The notes beneath the pieces were generated by a model, which ran no database searches, was not told the DNA's origin, and saw only the letters and a program-made list of their open reading frames with translations. A stretch of DNA of 64,000 nucleotides from Patescibacteria group bacterium (GTDB lineage: Bacteria; Patescibacteriota; Microgenomatia; UBA8517), in the NCBI GenBank assembly GCA_035260845.1, contig DATFUL010000008.1, forward strand, positions 5,709 through 69,708, given 5' to 3'. Shown in pieces: positions 1 through 8,644 of the stretch. The translations under genes were made by a program, and so were the position numbers. Numbering within the stretch: position 1 is the stretch's first letter; each line of letters begins with the position of its first letter.

Positions 1-558
1 ATTTTAATCACTGGTGGAATTTTCTTTTTTAAGTCAGGACTAAATTTTAGTGGAACAAAAGTTGAGATTTTAAATGATGCAACAGAAAGTGCTGCACTAA
101 AAAATATAACCGCAGAAATTGCGGGAGCGGTTATTACTCCCGGTGTCTATAAATTAGCAAACGATAGTAGGGTTGACGACTTATTAATTTTGGCGGGGGG
201 ATTTTCTTCCAGTGCGGATAGAACTTGGACCGACAAATACTTAAACCGTGCAAGTGTTATTGCCGACGGACAAAAGATTTATATACCAAACGTTGGTGAG
301 CAGACACTTGGGACGAGTGCTAAAAACGATGGAGGGGATCAAACTACATCATCAAGTTTTTCATCCGATAGTAATGCTATGGTAAATGTTAACACTGCAA
401 GCTTAAATCAGTTGGACTCACTACCGGGAATTGGCCAAGTATACGGCCAAAATATCATTGAACACAGACCTTACTCAACTGGGCAAGAATTGGTGTCAAA
501 AGGTGCAATTAAGCAAAGTTTGTACGAAAAGATTAAAGACAGGATATCTGTTTATTAA
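1..558 (+). CDS. comEA: ComEA-like competence DNA-binding protein (SLBB + helix-hairpin-helix), 5'-partial
   Basis: Frame 1 reads from base 1 as ILITGGIFFFKSGLNFSGTKVEILN...GAVITPGVYKLANDSRVDDLLILAGG (SLBB-like). The C-terminal part reads NVNTASLNQLDSLPGIGQVYGQNIIEHRPY (HhH). The annotated M at 190 is internal, so the gene continues upstream of the window. Confidence 0.75.
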   Translation: MLITGGIFFFKSGLNFSGTKVEILNDATESAALKNITAEIAGAVITPGVYKLANDSRVDDLLILAGGFSSSADRTWTDKYLNRASVIADGQKIYIPNVGEQTLGTSAKNDGGDQTTSSSFSSDSNAMVNVNTASLNQLDSLPGIGQVYGQNIIEHRPYSTGQELVSKGAIKQSLYEKIKDRISVY

Positions 559-643
559 CTACCACATATTGGTATTTCAGTAATTCGGTATTTCGGTTTA
601 CAGTTACCGATGACTGAACTACTGGAGTACTGAAATACTGAAA
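559..643. repeat. Palindromic intergenic repeat, copy A (GGTATTTCAGTA...TACTGAAATACTG)
   Basis: Imperfect inverted repeat with nested hairpins. About 85% identical to copy C at 47605-47689 and shares its core with copy B at 1703-1757. Confidence 0.6.
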
Positions 644-1702
644 ATGAAACACTTAATTTGGCCCTTACTAATTTTCCTAATTGTCTTCCGGTATTTTACA
701 ACCCGTCCCATCTACAATAATGGTGACAAAATAAGAATTACCCAAACTGTTTATACTGACCCCGTCATTTATCCAACTTCTCAGTACATTAATCTTTCTG
801 GACTTAAAGTTTATTTACCTCTTTTTCCAGAGGTTTCTTACGGACAGAAAGTTGTTGTTGAGGGAGTAGTCGAAAAAGGCAAATTAAATAATCCAAAACT
901 CATTAATATTTATGAAAACCACAATTTTGCTGTTAGTTTCAGAAATAAAATAGTTGAACTTTATTTAGAGACACTGCCACAACCTATGGGCGGACTCCTA
1001 TCCGGAATAGTTATTGGTAGTAAAGGCGCCCTAACTCAAGATTTTTATAACCAAACAAAACTAACTGGAGTTGCACACGTAGTTGTAGCATCAGGAACAA
1101 ATATTACTTTTGTGGTTGCATTTTTAATGGGTATATTAACTTTAATTATGCCAAGGAAAAAAGCGATAGCCTTTATTATATTAGGTATTATTTTGTATCT
1201 ATTTATATCGGGTTTTCAAGCACCACTAATTAGGGCTGCAATCATGTCTTCTTTTATATTCCTGGGCCAGACGACAGGTAGAGTAGTCTTAACTTGGCGA
1301 ATTTTCTTTATAACCGGCTTTGGCATGCTTATTTATAGACCGGATTGGATTCTTGATATCGGTTTTATATTATCTTTTGTTTCAACTGCAAGCCTGATGC
1401 TATTTGAGAATAGAATTAGGAATTATCTTAAAAAAGTGCCGGAGGTTATTAAAGAAGGCCTTTCCACCTCTCTTGCGGCGCAAATTGGAGTCGCTCCGAT
1501 ACTATTTGTTACATTTGGACAGTTTAATATACTATCTCCAATCATCAATGCACTTGTTCTTTGGACAGTTCCATATCTAATGATCTTAGGCTCAATTGGA
1601 GGAGTTGTGGGTTTAATTGTGCCTGGCTTGGGCAGAGTTATACTTTATTTGAGCTACCCACTTTTATGGTGGTTTATAACTGTAGTCTCAATTTTCAGTT
1701 AA
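644..1702 (+). CDS. comEC: ComEC/Rec2 N-terminal and polytopic membrane (competence) domain, separate ORF
   Basis: 352-aa multi-TM protein with typical ComEC channel-domain composition. Sits directly after comEA and before a ComEC-type metallo-beta-lactamase ORF in the same frame. Confidence 0.65.
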   Translation: MKHLIWPLLIFLIVFRYFTTRPIYNNGDKIRITQTVYTDPVIYPTSQYINLSGLKVYLPLFPEVSYGQKVVVEGVVEKGKLNNPKLINIYENHNFAVSFRNKIVELYLETLPQPMGGLLSGIVIGSKGALTQDFYNQTKLTGVAHVVVASGTNITFVVAFLMGILTLIMPRKKAIAFIILGIILYLFISGFQAPLIRAAIMSSFIFLGQTTGRVVLTWRIFFITGFGMLIYRPDWILDIGFILSFVSTASLMLFENRIRNYLKKVPEVIKEGLSTSLAAQIGVAPILFVTFGQFNILSPIINALVLWTVPYLMILGSIGGVVGLIVPGLGRVILYLSYPLLWWFITVVSIFS

Positions 1703-1757
1703 TCAGTATTTCAGTAACTGCAAACTGAAATACTGGAATACTGAAGTACCGAAATGC
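1703..1757. repeat. Palindromic repeat copy B (CAGTATTTCAGT-aactgcaa-ACTGAAATACTG), occupying the gap between the comEC halves
   Basis: Perfect 12-bp stem with an 8-nt loop. Same core as copies A and C. The gap is 51 nt (a multiple of 3) and carries three in-frame stops. Confidence 0.55.
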
Positions 1758-2638
1758 AAATTTGGAAATACATCTACGGATTTTTAACTTTGATTCTTGT
1801 AGGTCTAATTATTGCCATATTCCAAATTCCAGATTCTAACCTGCATATAATTGTTTGTGATGTTGGTCAGGGAGACGCAATCCTCATTACTTATAAAAAT
1901 ACACAAGTGTTGACGGATGGCGGCCCAGACCAAAAGGTCATTAGTTGTCTTTCTAAATACATGCCGTTTTGGGATAGAGAAATAGAGCTTGTTATTTCGA
2001 CCCATCCCGATGCTGATCACTCAACAGGGCTTATAGATGTAATTAAAAGATATAACGTGGATAAAATTGCAATTAGCCCAATCGACTCTGGCACTCAGAC
2101 TATCAAAGCGCTAGAGAATGCGGTGGGGGGTCGAGGGGTAGAGGTACTTACACCAGTAGATGGCATGAGGTTGGGGTTGGGTATGATCTATTTGGATATA
2201 GTGAACCCAAGCCATAATCAAATAGGTTCCTTGAGTCAAAAAGTAGATGGCAGTCCGCTTGGTTTTTTTAAGCCAATTGATGCTACAAACGAATACTCAA
2301 TTAGCTACAAACTTAGCTTCGGAAGCTTCTCAGGTCTTTTCACTGGAGACTTTGGCCAGGGGGTAAGTGATAGGCTAGCATTGGAAAACAAAATCGGATC
2401 GGTTAACTATATCAAAGTGCCACACCATGGAAGTCGCAACGGATTAACCGAAAATCTCCTCAAGCAAATCATGCCCAAATTTGCGGTAATCAGTGTAGGC
2501 AAGAATAACCGTTACGGTCATCCACATAAGGAAATCTTGGATATGCTAAATAAATACAATGTAAAAATATTTAGAACAGATGAAGTTGGGGATGTTGGTT
2601 TGGTAACTGATGGAAAGAATTACTGGATTAAAAATTAG
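1754..2638 (+). CDS. comEC: ComEC C-terminal metallo-beta-lactamase (MBL) domain protein
   Basis: VCDVGQGDAILI, STHPDADH and PHHGSRNG motifs of the ComEC/Rec2 MBL domain. N-terminal TM helix. Same reading frame as the 644-1702 ORF. Confidence 0.75.
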   Translation: MQIWKYIYGFLTLILVGLIIAIFQIPDSNLHIIVCDVGQGDAILITYKNTQVLTDGGPDQKVISCLSKYMPFWDREIELVISTHPDADHSTGLIDVIKRYNVDKIAISPIDSGTQTIKALENAVGGRGVEVLTPVDGMRLGLGMIYLDIVNPSHNQIGSLSQKVDGSPLGFFKPIDATNEYSISYKLSFGSFSGLFTGDFGQGVSDRLALENKIGSVNYIKVPHHGSRNGLTENLLKQIMPKFAVISVGKNNRYGHPHKEILDMLNKYNVKIFRTDEVGDVGLVTDGKNYWIKN

Positions 2639-2877
2639 ATCCTTCTTCTTCCTAAGAGACCCATGCCAATACATGCTTCTGTAAATCCGGACAACTTTTC
2701 AGCGGTTATCGAAAGGAGACCTTTAATATCACTTTCAGATAGATTAATTTCTGATATTGGATCAACCAACTTTGCTCTTTCTAGGGCTTGATCGATTCTC
2801 CCATCAAGAAGATGTGCCTCTAGTTCTTTATCAACTACGGCTGCCATTAATAACAAACTTACGTCTTCTGGTGGCAT
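2635..2877 (-). CDS. Hypothetical small protein (80 aa)
   Basis: Only ORF that can occupy the gap between comEC and argS. No recognisable motif. Confidence 0.3.
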   Translation of the reverse strand: MPPEDVSLLLMAAVVDKELEAHLLDGRIDQALERAKLVDPISEINLSESDIKGLLSITAEKLSGFTEACIGMGLLGRRRI

Positions 2878-2923
2878 AGGTAGCGATTATATCATTTTTG
2901 CACTAAAAATACTAAAATGAGAA

Positions 2924-4600
2924 ATGCTTAAAAGTGAGCTTGAGAAAATATTAGGTTACGAGGTTGAAGCTACAGAAAACTCTGATTTTGGTGACTATTC
3001 TAGTAATGTGGCCTTAAGCCACAAACCTCCAAGAGAATTTGCCGAAATGGAATTAGTTAAGTTAAAAGCCAATAAAAAACTTAATGAATTCGTCGATAAA
3101 ATAGAGATTGCCGGCCCAGGATTTATTAACTTTTGGCTAAAACGCGATGTACTAGTAGGCAATTTGACACAGATTGTTGAGGAAAAAGAAAAGTATGGAA
3201 CTAACGACACAGGCAAAGGAAAATTGGCAATTGTTGAGTATTCTTCACCCAATATTGCTAAGCCTTTTACAGTTGGGCACTTAAGGTCAACCATAATTGG
3301 TGATGCTGTTGCCAACTTACTTACCGCTTCAGGTTGGAAAGTTATGCGCGATAATCATCTTGGTGATTGGGGAACACAGTTTGGCAAGCAAATCTATGCA
3401 ATCAAAGCTTGGGGTAACGAGGAAGAAATAGCAAAATCAGAAAATCCTGTTAAGGAGTTGGTTGCTTTATACGTAAAATTTCATGAAGAAGCAGAAAAAG
3501 ATCCTTCAATTGAAGACGGTGCCAGGGCTTGGTTCAAAAAATTAGAAGATGGAGACCAAGAGGCTAAACGGTTGTGGCAAAAGTGTATTGACTGGAGTTT
3601 TGTCGAATTCGACAAAATTTATAGCACTCTTAATGTTTCGTTTAGTGATGAATTTGAAGGTGGCCGCGGCCTTGGAGAAAGTTTTTTTGAGAGCAGAATG
3701 GGAATAGTTATAGATGAACTTACTAAAAAGAGGCTCTTAAAAGTAGGTAAAGAGGGTGCAAAGCTTGTATTTTTCCCCAAAGACAAATATCCGGCGCTTA
3801 TGATTGTTAAAAAAGACGGCGCAACTCTTTACGCAACACGTGACTTGGCAACGGATAAATATAGGAAAGAAAAATACGATCCAGACCTTATTATTAACGA
3901 AGTTGGGAGTGAGCAAGCTTTATATTTTAGACAAATTTACGAGACAGAAAAGCTCTTGGGATGGTTTAAGGATGAGCAAAGGGTTCATATTGGCCATGGA
4001 TTAATTCGTTTTAAGGAAGGTAAGATGTCTACCCGTAAAGGAAATGTTATCTGGATGGAAGAAGTTTTGAATGAAGCCCTTAGTAGGGCCAAAAAACTGG
4101 GCTCTGATAGCGAAAAACTAATTAAAGAAGTTGCAATTGGAGCCTTGAAATATAACGATCTAAAGCGGGATTCAAAAACAGATATTGTTTTTGACTGGGA
4201 CGAAATATTAAACATGGAAGGCAATAGTGGACCTTACTTACAATATACAGTTGCAAGGACAAACTCCGTCCTTTCAAAAGCACGAAGCACGATGCACGAT
4301 GCACGAGATGTTTCGGATTTCGATATTCGGACTTCGAATTTAAACGACGAGGAACTCGGAGTTCTTAGGACTTTAGTCCGATTTCCTGAGGTAATTGCCA
4401 CTGCATCCAAAAATTACTCACCCAACTTATTGTGTAATTATCTTTACGATTTAGCACAAAAATATAATGGTTTCTATAACGCCCACAAGATTATCGGTGG
4501 TGAGAATGAAGAGTTTAAGTTAGAACTAACAAAGGGAGTTGGCCAAGTCCTTAAAAATGGTCTCAAACTTCTTGGAATTCAAACTCCGGAGAAGATGTAG
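2924..4600 (+). CDS. argS: Arginine--tRNA ligase
   Basis: Class I aaRS. PNIAKPFTVGHLRSTIIGD (HIGH-like) and KMSTRKG (KMSKS-like). Length and architecture match ArgRS. Confidence 0.9.
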   Translation: MLKSELEKILGYEVEATENSDFGDYSSNVALSHKPPREFAEMELVKLKANKKLNEFVDKIEIAGPGFINFWLKRDVLVGNLTQIVEEKEKYGTNDTGKGKLAIVEYSSPNIAKPFTVGHLRSTIIGDAVANLLTASGWKVMRDNHLGDWGTQFGKQIYAIKAWGNEEEIAKSENPVKELVALYVKFHEEAEKDPSIEDGARAWFKKLEDGDQEAKRLWQKCIDWSFVEFDKIYSTLNVSFSDEFEGGRGLGESFFESRMGIVIDELTKKRLLKVGKEGAKLVFFPKDKYPALMIVKKDGATLYATRDLATDKYRKEKYDPDLIINEVGSEQALYFRQIYETEKLLGWFKDEQRVHIGHGLIRFKEGKMSTRKGNVIWMEEVLNEALSRAKKLGSDSEKLIKEVAIGALKYNDLKRDSKTDIVFDWDEILNMEGNSGPYLQYTVARTNSVLSKARSTMHDARDVSDFDIRTSNLNDEELGVLRTLVRFPEVIATASKNYSPNLLCNYLYDLAQKYNGFYNAHKIIGGENEEFKLELTKGVGQVLKNGLKLLGIQTPEKM

Positions 4601-4601
4601 C

Positions 4602-5204
4602 TTATTTATTCGGAGAAATTGTCTCTTTCAGTTTTTCTTCAAGTTCGGCCATGGGTTGGACTTCTGATTCTTCCAGTTGTTTATCCAGTTTTCTCTCAAT
4701 ATACCCTGCATCAATTTCTTTAGTCATTTCGTCAAGTTCCGGATCATCTTTTAGATGTTTTTGTTCAGCCAAAATTTGTTTCAGAAGCTGTAGGATCTTT
4801 GTAATTTCCCGCTCAGAAATAAGTTCAACCTGAAGTCCAAGCTCGTTTCTTAAGACATCACGTTGATTTTCCCTGTTTTGACTCATTAGAACTATAACCG
4901 ATAGAATTATAGCTTCAATTGACACAAATGAGTTCATAAATGAATATGGGTAGGGGTCTATCGTAGGGAAGCCTGGAATCTTACCTGTATTGCCCAAAAT
5001 CCAAACTCCATAGACAACGATGTTTAAAAACAAAAAACTAATAGTTCCAAAGTACGAAGTCAAAAAATCTACAACCTTTACGACAAATGGCCTGCGTTTT
5101 AAAGCTTCTGCTTCAAAACTCCTGATTATTTGATGCGATTTGCGATGGTGTTGTTCTGACATCTTTAACATATTTAGAATATACGATATACTGCCTCTAT
5201 GCAA
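4602..5204 (-). CDS. DUF1003-like membrane protein
   Basis: About 200 aa. Two central TM helices and a coiled-coil, acidic C-terminus. Resembles the DUF1003 family. Confidence 0.45.
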   Translation of the reverse strand: MHRGSISYILNMLKMSEQHHRKSHQIIRSFEAEALKRRPFVVKVVDFLTSYFGTISFLFLNIVVYGVWILGNTGKIPGFPTIDPYPYSFMNSFVSIEAIILSVIVLMSQNRENQRDVLRNELGLQVELISEREITKILQLLKQILAEQKHLKDDPELDEMTKEIDAGYIERKLDKQLEESEVQPMAELEEKLKETISPNK

Positions 5205-6476
5205 TATAAATTACAAAAGCTTCCGAATGGTCTTAGAGTTCTAACGGTTCCTATGCAAGGCCTTGAGTCAGTAACTGTTACTGTTTGGGTTAAAACCGGT
5301 AGTCGCTCGGAGGACTTAAAAGTAAATGGAATTAGCCACTTTTTGGAACATATGGTTTTTAAGGGTAGTAAAAAACGCCCAAGTGCAAAAGCAATAAGTC
5401 AGGTGGTTGACTCAATTGGAGGCGAGTTTAATGCCGCAACAAGTAAAGACTGGACCAACTTTTATATTAAGACCAGGGTAGCCAGCATCGAAACTGCAAT
5501 GGACGTACTAAGTGACATGGTTTTGAACCCACTTCTAAAGTCGGACGAGATTGAAAGAGAAAAGGGCACAATTGTTCAGGAAATTGCCATGTATGAAGAC
5601 ACTCCAATGATGCATATTGGAGACGTTTTTGAGGAAGGTGTCTTTGAGGGGAATCCACTAGGCCGTGATACAGCAGGAACTCCAAAATCAGTTAGAGGTA
5701 TCAAAAGAAATGATTTCTTACGATATAGATCGACACATTACAGACCAGACGAAATGATGGTTTCTATTGTCGGCGGAGTAAAAGAAAGTAAAGCCTTAGA
5801 ACTAGCCAAGAAATACTTTAGCTCGCTTAAAAAGTCATCCCAAAAACCTTTTAATATTGAAAAGTTTGCGACTAATCAAACTGCACCAGCTTTCAAACTC
5901 CAAACCAAAAAAGCTGAACAGGCACATCTCATACTTGGTTTCATGTCCGAAGGCCGAAATTACGAAGGCCGTTTTGCACAAAGTCTTCTGGCAACCATTT
6001 TGGGAGGTGGGATGAGTTCACGTATGTTCATTGAGGTCCGCGAGCGTCGTGGACTTGCTTATTCAATTAGAACAGGCCTAGATAGGTACCAGGAAATTGG
6101 CTATTTATCGACTTATGCCGGAGTTGATGTAACTAAAGCCGACCTTGCAATAAAAGTTATTCTTGGTGAATATTACAAAATTCTAGATTCCAAATTTAAA
6201 ATTCAAGCTTCCGAGCTTGTCAAAGCCAAGGAATATCTCAAAGGCCATTTAGCTCTTGCTCTCGAGGATACAAAAGATGTGACATCTTTCTTTTCTGACC
6301 AAGCCTTATTTGCTAATGAAATATTAACTCCCGAAGAAGTCTACAAAAAAGTTGACGCAGTAACTATCGAAGACATACTTTTTGAAGCAAAAAAACTTTT
6401 CGTGCCTTCAAAATTAAATCTAGCCATAATTGGACCTTTTAAGGATAAGGAAAAATTTGTACAATTACTGAAGTAA
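5199..6476 (+). CDS. M16-family zinc peptidase (insulinase/pitrilysin-like)
   Basis: Inverted zinc motif HFLEHMVFKGS (HxxEH) near the N-terminus. About 425 aa with two M16 half-domains. Confidence 0.8.
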   Translation: MQYKLQKLPNGLRVLTVPMQGLESVTVTVWVKTGSRSEDLKVNGISHFLEHMVFKGSKKRPSAKAISQVVDSIGGEFNAATSKDWTNFYIKTRVASIETAMDVLSDMVLNPLLKSDEIEREKGTIVQEIAMYEDTPMMHIGDVFEEGVFEGNPLGRDTAGTPKSVRGIKRNDFLRYRSTHYRPDEMMVSIVGGVKESKALELAKKYFSSLKKSSQKPFNIEKFATNQTAPAFKLQTKKAEQAHLILGFMSEGRNYEGRFAQSLLATILGGGMSSRMFIEVRERRGLAYSIRTGLDRYQEIGYLSTYAGVDVTKADLAIKVILGEYYKILDSKFKIQASELVKAKEYLKGHLALALEDTKDVTSFFSDQALFANEILTPEEVYKKVDAVTIEDILFEAKKLFVPSKLNLAIIGPFKDKEKFVQLLK

Positions 6477-6478
6477 TT

Positions 6479-7075
6479 ATGAATTCAACTGTAGAGCGAA
6501 CAATAGTTTTAGTTAAACCAGACGGTGTTAAGCGTGGCCTAATTGGCGAAATAACTTCTCGTTTTGAGAAACGCGGCCTCAAAGTAGTTGGAATGAAGAT
6601 GGTTTGGGTGGACGAAGCCATGGTTAGAAAGCATTACCCAACAACCCGTAAAGAGTGGGTGAGTGGAATTGGCGAAAAGACTCTTAAAGCTTACGAAGAT
6701 TACGGAACCGACCCCAAAGAACACTTGGGTACAATGGATCCTTATGAAATCGGCCTTTTGGTTTGTAAATGGCTTGTTGAATATTTAACTAGCGGCCCGG
6801 TTGTTGCAATTGTACTTGAAGGCCCGCACGCAATTATTGCTGTTCGTAAGATTGCAGGCTACACATATCCTGATACAGCTATTCCAGGCACTATTCGCGG
6901 TGACTTTTCGGTTGATTCACCCGACCTTGCTAACATGACTAAAAGAAGTGGAATGAATTTGGTTCACGCATCAGGTAATGCCGAAGAAGCTAAGTTTGAG
7001 ATTGAACTTTGGTTTAAAAAATCAGAACTAATGGATTACAAACGCTCCGACGAGGCCATAATGTTTGGCCTTTAA
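6479..7075 (+). CDS. ndk: Nucleoside diphosphate kinase (with internal insertion)
   Basis: ERTIVLVKPDGVKRGLIGEITSRFEKRGLKVVGMK matches the NDK N-terminus. NLVHASGN corresponds to the active-site NxxH region. About 40 aa of extra sequence inserted. Confidence 0.8.
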   Translation: MNSTVERTIVLVKPDGVKRGLIGEITSRFEKRGLKVVGMKMVWVDEAMVRKHYPTTRKEWVSGIGEKTLKAYEDYGTDPKEHLGTMDPYEIGLLVCKWLVEYLTSGPVVAIVLEGPHAIIAVRKIAGYTYPDTAIPGTIRGDFSVDSPDLANMTKRSGMNLVHASGNAEEAKFEIELWFKKSELMDYKRSDEAIMFGL

Positions 7076-7083
7076 TCTTCTTA

Positions 7084-7155
7084 GTCGGGGTGCTGGGAAT
7101 TGAACCCAGTGTCTCTACGTCCCGAACGTAGCGTAATACCGGTTTACTACACCCC
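7084..7155 (-). tRNA. tRNA-Pro (anticodon CGG)
   Basis: Manually folded cloverleaf. Acceptor CGGGGTG/CACCCCG, D-arm GTAA/TTAC, anticodon stem CTACG/CGTAG with loop TTCGGGA, T-arm CTGGG-TTCAATT-CCCAG. Confidence 0.75.
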
Positions 7156-7169
7156 GAGGTGTAACACAT

Positions 7170-7242
7170 GTGCCCTCGGAGGGAATTGAACCTCCATCTT
7201 ACCCTTAGGACGGGTCTGCTCTATCCGTTGAGCTACGAGGGC
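7170..7242 (-). tRNA. tRNA-Arg (anticodon CCT, tentative)
   Basis: Acceptor GCCCTCG/CGAGGGC, D-arm GCTC/GAGC, anticodon loop GTCCTAA, T-loop TTCAATT. One T-stem mismatch, so the anticodon call is less certain. Confidence 0.55.
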
Positions 7243-7279
7243 CTAAAACACAAGCAAATTATATCACGAACGAGGCTGG

Positions 7280-8548
7280 TTACTTTATAGTTAAAGTGTA
7301 AAGATTTGCTGAAGTATTAATGCCTCCAAGGTTTGTCAAAATCAAAAGCCTTGTTGTGTTATTGAATGGGAAAGCGAATGTTGAAATGTAGGATCCTGAA
7401 TAAACGACCTCGCGGTTAGTACCGTCATAATCCATAATTACAATTTGACCAGGCTGAGCTAAAAGAAGATGGCGGCTTGTGGACATCCACCTAATTGCCG
7501 GCACCATGTTTTTGATGTCTGGAATTTTGTCGCTAAGGTTTACGGCTTGGTCATAAACTAAGAAATTTCGATCCTCTTTGATATCGTAAATATACGTGTG
7601 ACCTGTTTGAATAGTTCTTTCTTCTCTTTGGGTTGAAGCACCAGGCAAAGGTTTTATTAGTTTGTCAGTCAAAACTCCAGCCGAACTAGCCGTGTAAAGA
7701 ATCATGTTCTGATCAGGGGAGAAGACAAAATCACTGCTTTTTCTGGTTAAGATATCTGTTAGTTCCGCCGGCAGATTTCTTATTAAACTGATATCTTTTG
7801 CAGATTTTTCTTTTTGCCACTGACGTATGGTTTCTAATTTTTGACTTGCGATATTTACTCTTTGATTTTGGGGTTTAAATGATCCTGCATCGAGCACAAA
7901 TATACCGTTTGATGTTGTTAGCATGATCTGTCGGCCATCTGGTGAAAAGGCATAACTAGTGTTAGTTAAGTCGCCGTCCGTGATTCTTTTAGGATCATTC
8001 GAAAAGCCTAAAGGTAAAGAAAATGTATCAAGCGTCCAAAGTCCGATTTTGTCATCACTTGTGCCGACACCAGGCAGAACAGAATAGGCAATTTTACCGC
8101 CATCAAGCGAAATTGTGGGATTAACAGCTCCCGAGAAGGTTACTGGTGAGAGTGATGGTACATTTCTAAAAAGAGAAACGTTGGCCTGGGTTACGACTTC
8201 TTTTTCGATAGTAAGTCTTTTATACCAAGTAAAGAATCCATCCCTCCTTACTTCAACGTCATATGTTCCAGGGGAAAGGGAAATTGTAGCATTTGTGGCT
8301 GTTTTTAAGTCACCATCAACAAAAACCGAGGCTCCATCGGGCTCGGACTTAATAACGAGGATTCCATTGGGCTGAAATTTTAAGGCCTTAAAATCAAATC
8401 TATAGCCCCGGGCATATAAGGAAACGAGCGTGCCAACGGAACCTACTATTATTACACTTAGAATAAAAGCCCAAAGGCGAACCTTAACCATACTCATATT
8501 ATACAACAGGTTGATTCTGATATGTCGTTTTCCATGAATAAAATTCAT
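7280..8548 (-). CDS. Secreted/anchored PEGA-domain protein with a beta-propeller-like C-terminal region
   Basis: N-terminal TM/signal anchor. GASVFVDGDLKTATNATISLSPGTYDVEVRRDGF matches a PEGA domain. Repetitive beta-rich remainder. Confidence 0.5.
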   Translation of the reverse strand: MNFIHGKRHIRINLLYNMSMVKVRLWAFILSVIIVGSVGTLVSLYARGYRFDFKALKFQPNGILVIKSEPDGASVFVDGDLKTATNATISLSPGTYDVEVRRDGFFTWYKRLTIEKEVVTQANVSLFRNVPSLSPVTFSGAVNPTISLDGGKIAYSVLPGVGTSDDKIGLWTLDTFSLPLGFSNDPKRITDGDLTNTSYAFSPDGRQIMLTTSNGIFVLDAGSFKPQNQRVNIASQKLETIRQWQKEKSAKDISLIRNLPAELTDILTRKSSDFVFSPDQNMILYTASSAGVLTDKLIKPLPGASTQREERTIQTGHTYIYDIKEDRNFLVYDQAVNLSDKIPDIKNMVPAIRWMSTSRHLLLAQPGQIVIMDYDGTNREVVYSGSYISTFAFPFNNTTRLLILTNLGGINTSANLYTLTIK

Positions 8549-8578
8549 GGCTGTTGCGTCTAAACGAAAACGACATAC

Positions 8579-8634
8579 CAGGGTTCAATTCATCTCCAAA
8601 GCAAGTTTGGAGTTTTCTTGAATCCTGTTATAAT
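8579..8634 (+). promoter_or_regulatory. Conserved promoter module: CCAGGGTTCAATTCATC + hairpin + TTCTTGAA + extended -10 TGTTATAAT
   Basis: Same architecture and spacing recur at 19669-19724. -10 at 8626-8634. The downstream mreB ATG is at 8645. Confidence 0.45.
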
Positions 8635-8644
8635 CGTCCTACGT

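Noticed and set aside
1805-2020. Antisense ORFs inside well-supported genes (1805-2020, 2995-3315, 5467-5685, 8115-8375, 18871-19158, 21015-21368, 59409-59783 and others)
   Set aside because: Each lies entirely within a longer gene that has clear family motifs on the other strand. They are short and have no start-context support. Treated as shadow ORFs.
4270-4330. GCACGA-type tandem repeats (AAAGCACGAAGCACGATGCACGATGCACGAG) inside argS
   Set aside because: In frame within argS, giving KARSTMHDARD, a low-complexity insertion. It is not a CRISPR or satellite array. No spacer-repeat periodicity, and no CRISPR array was found anywhere in the window.
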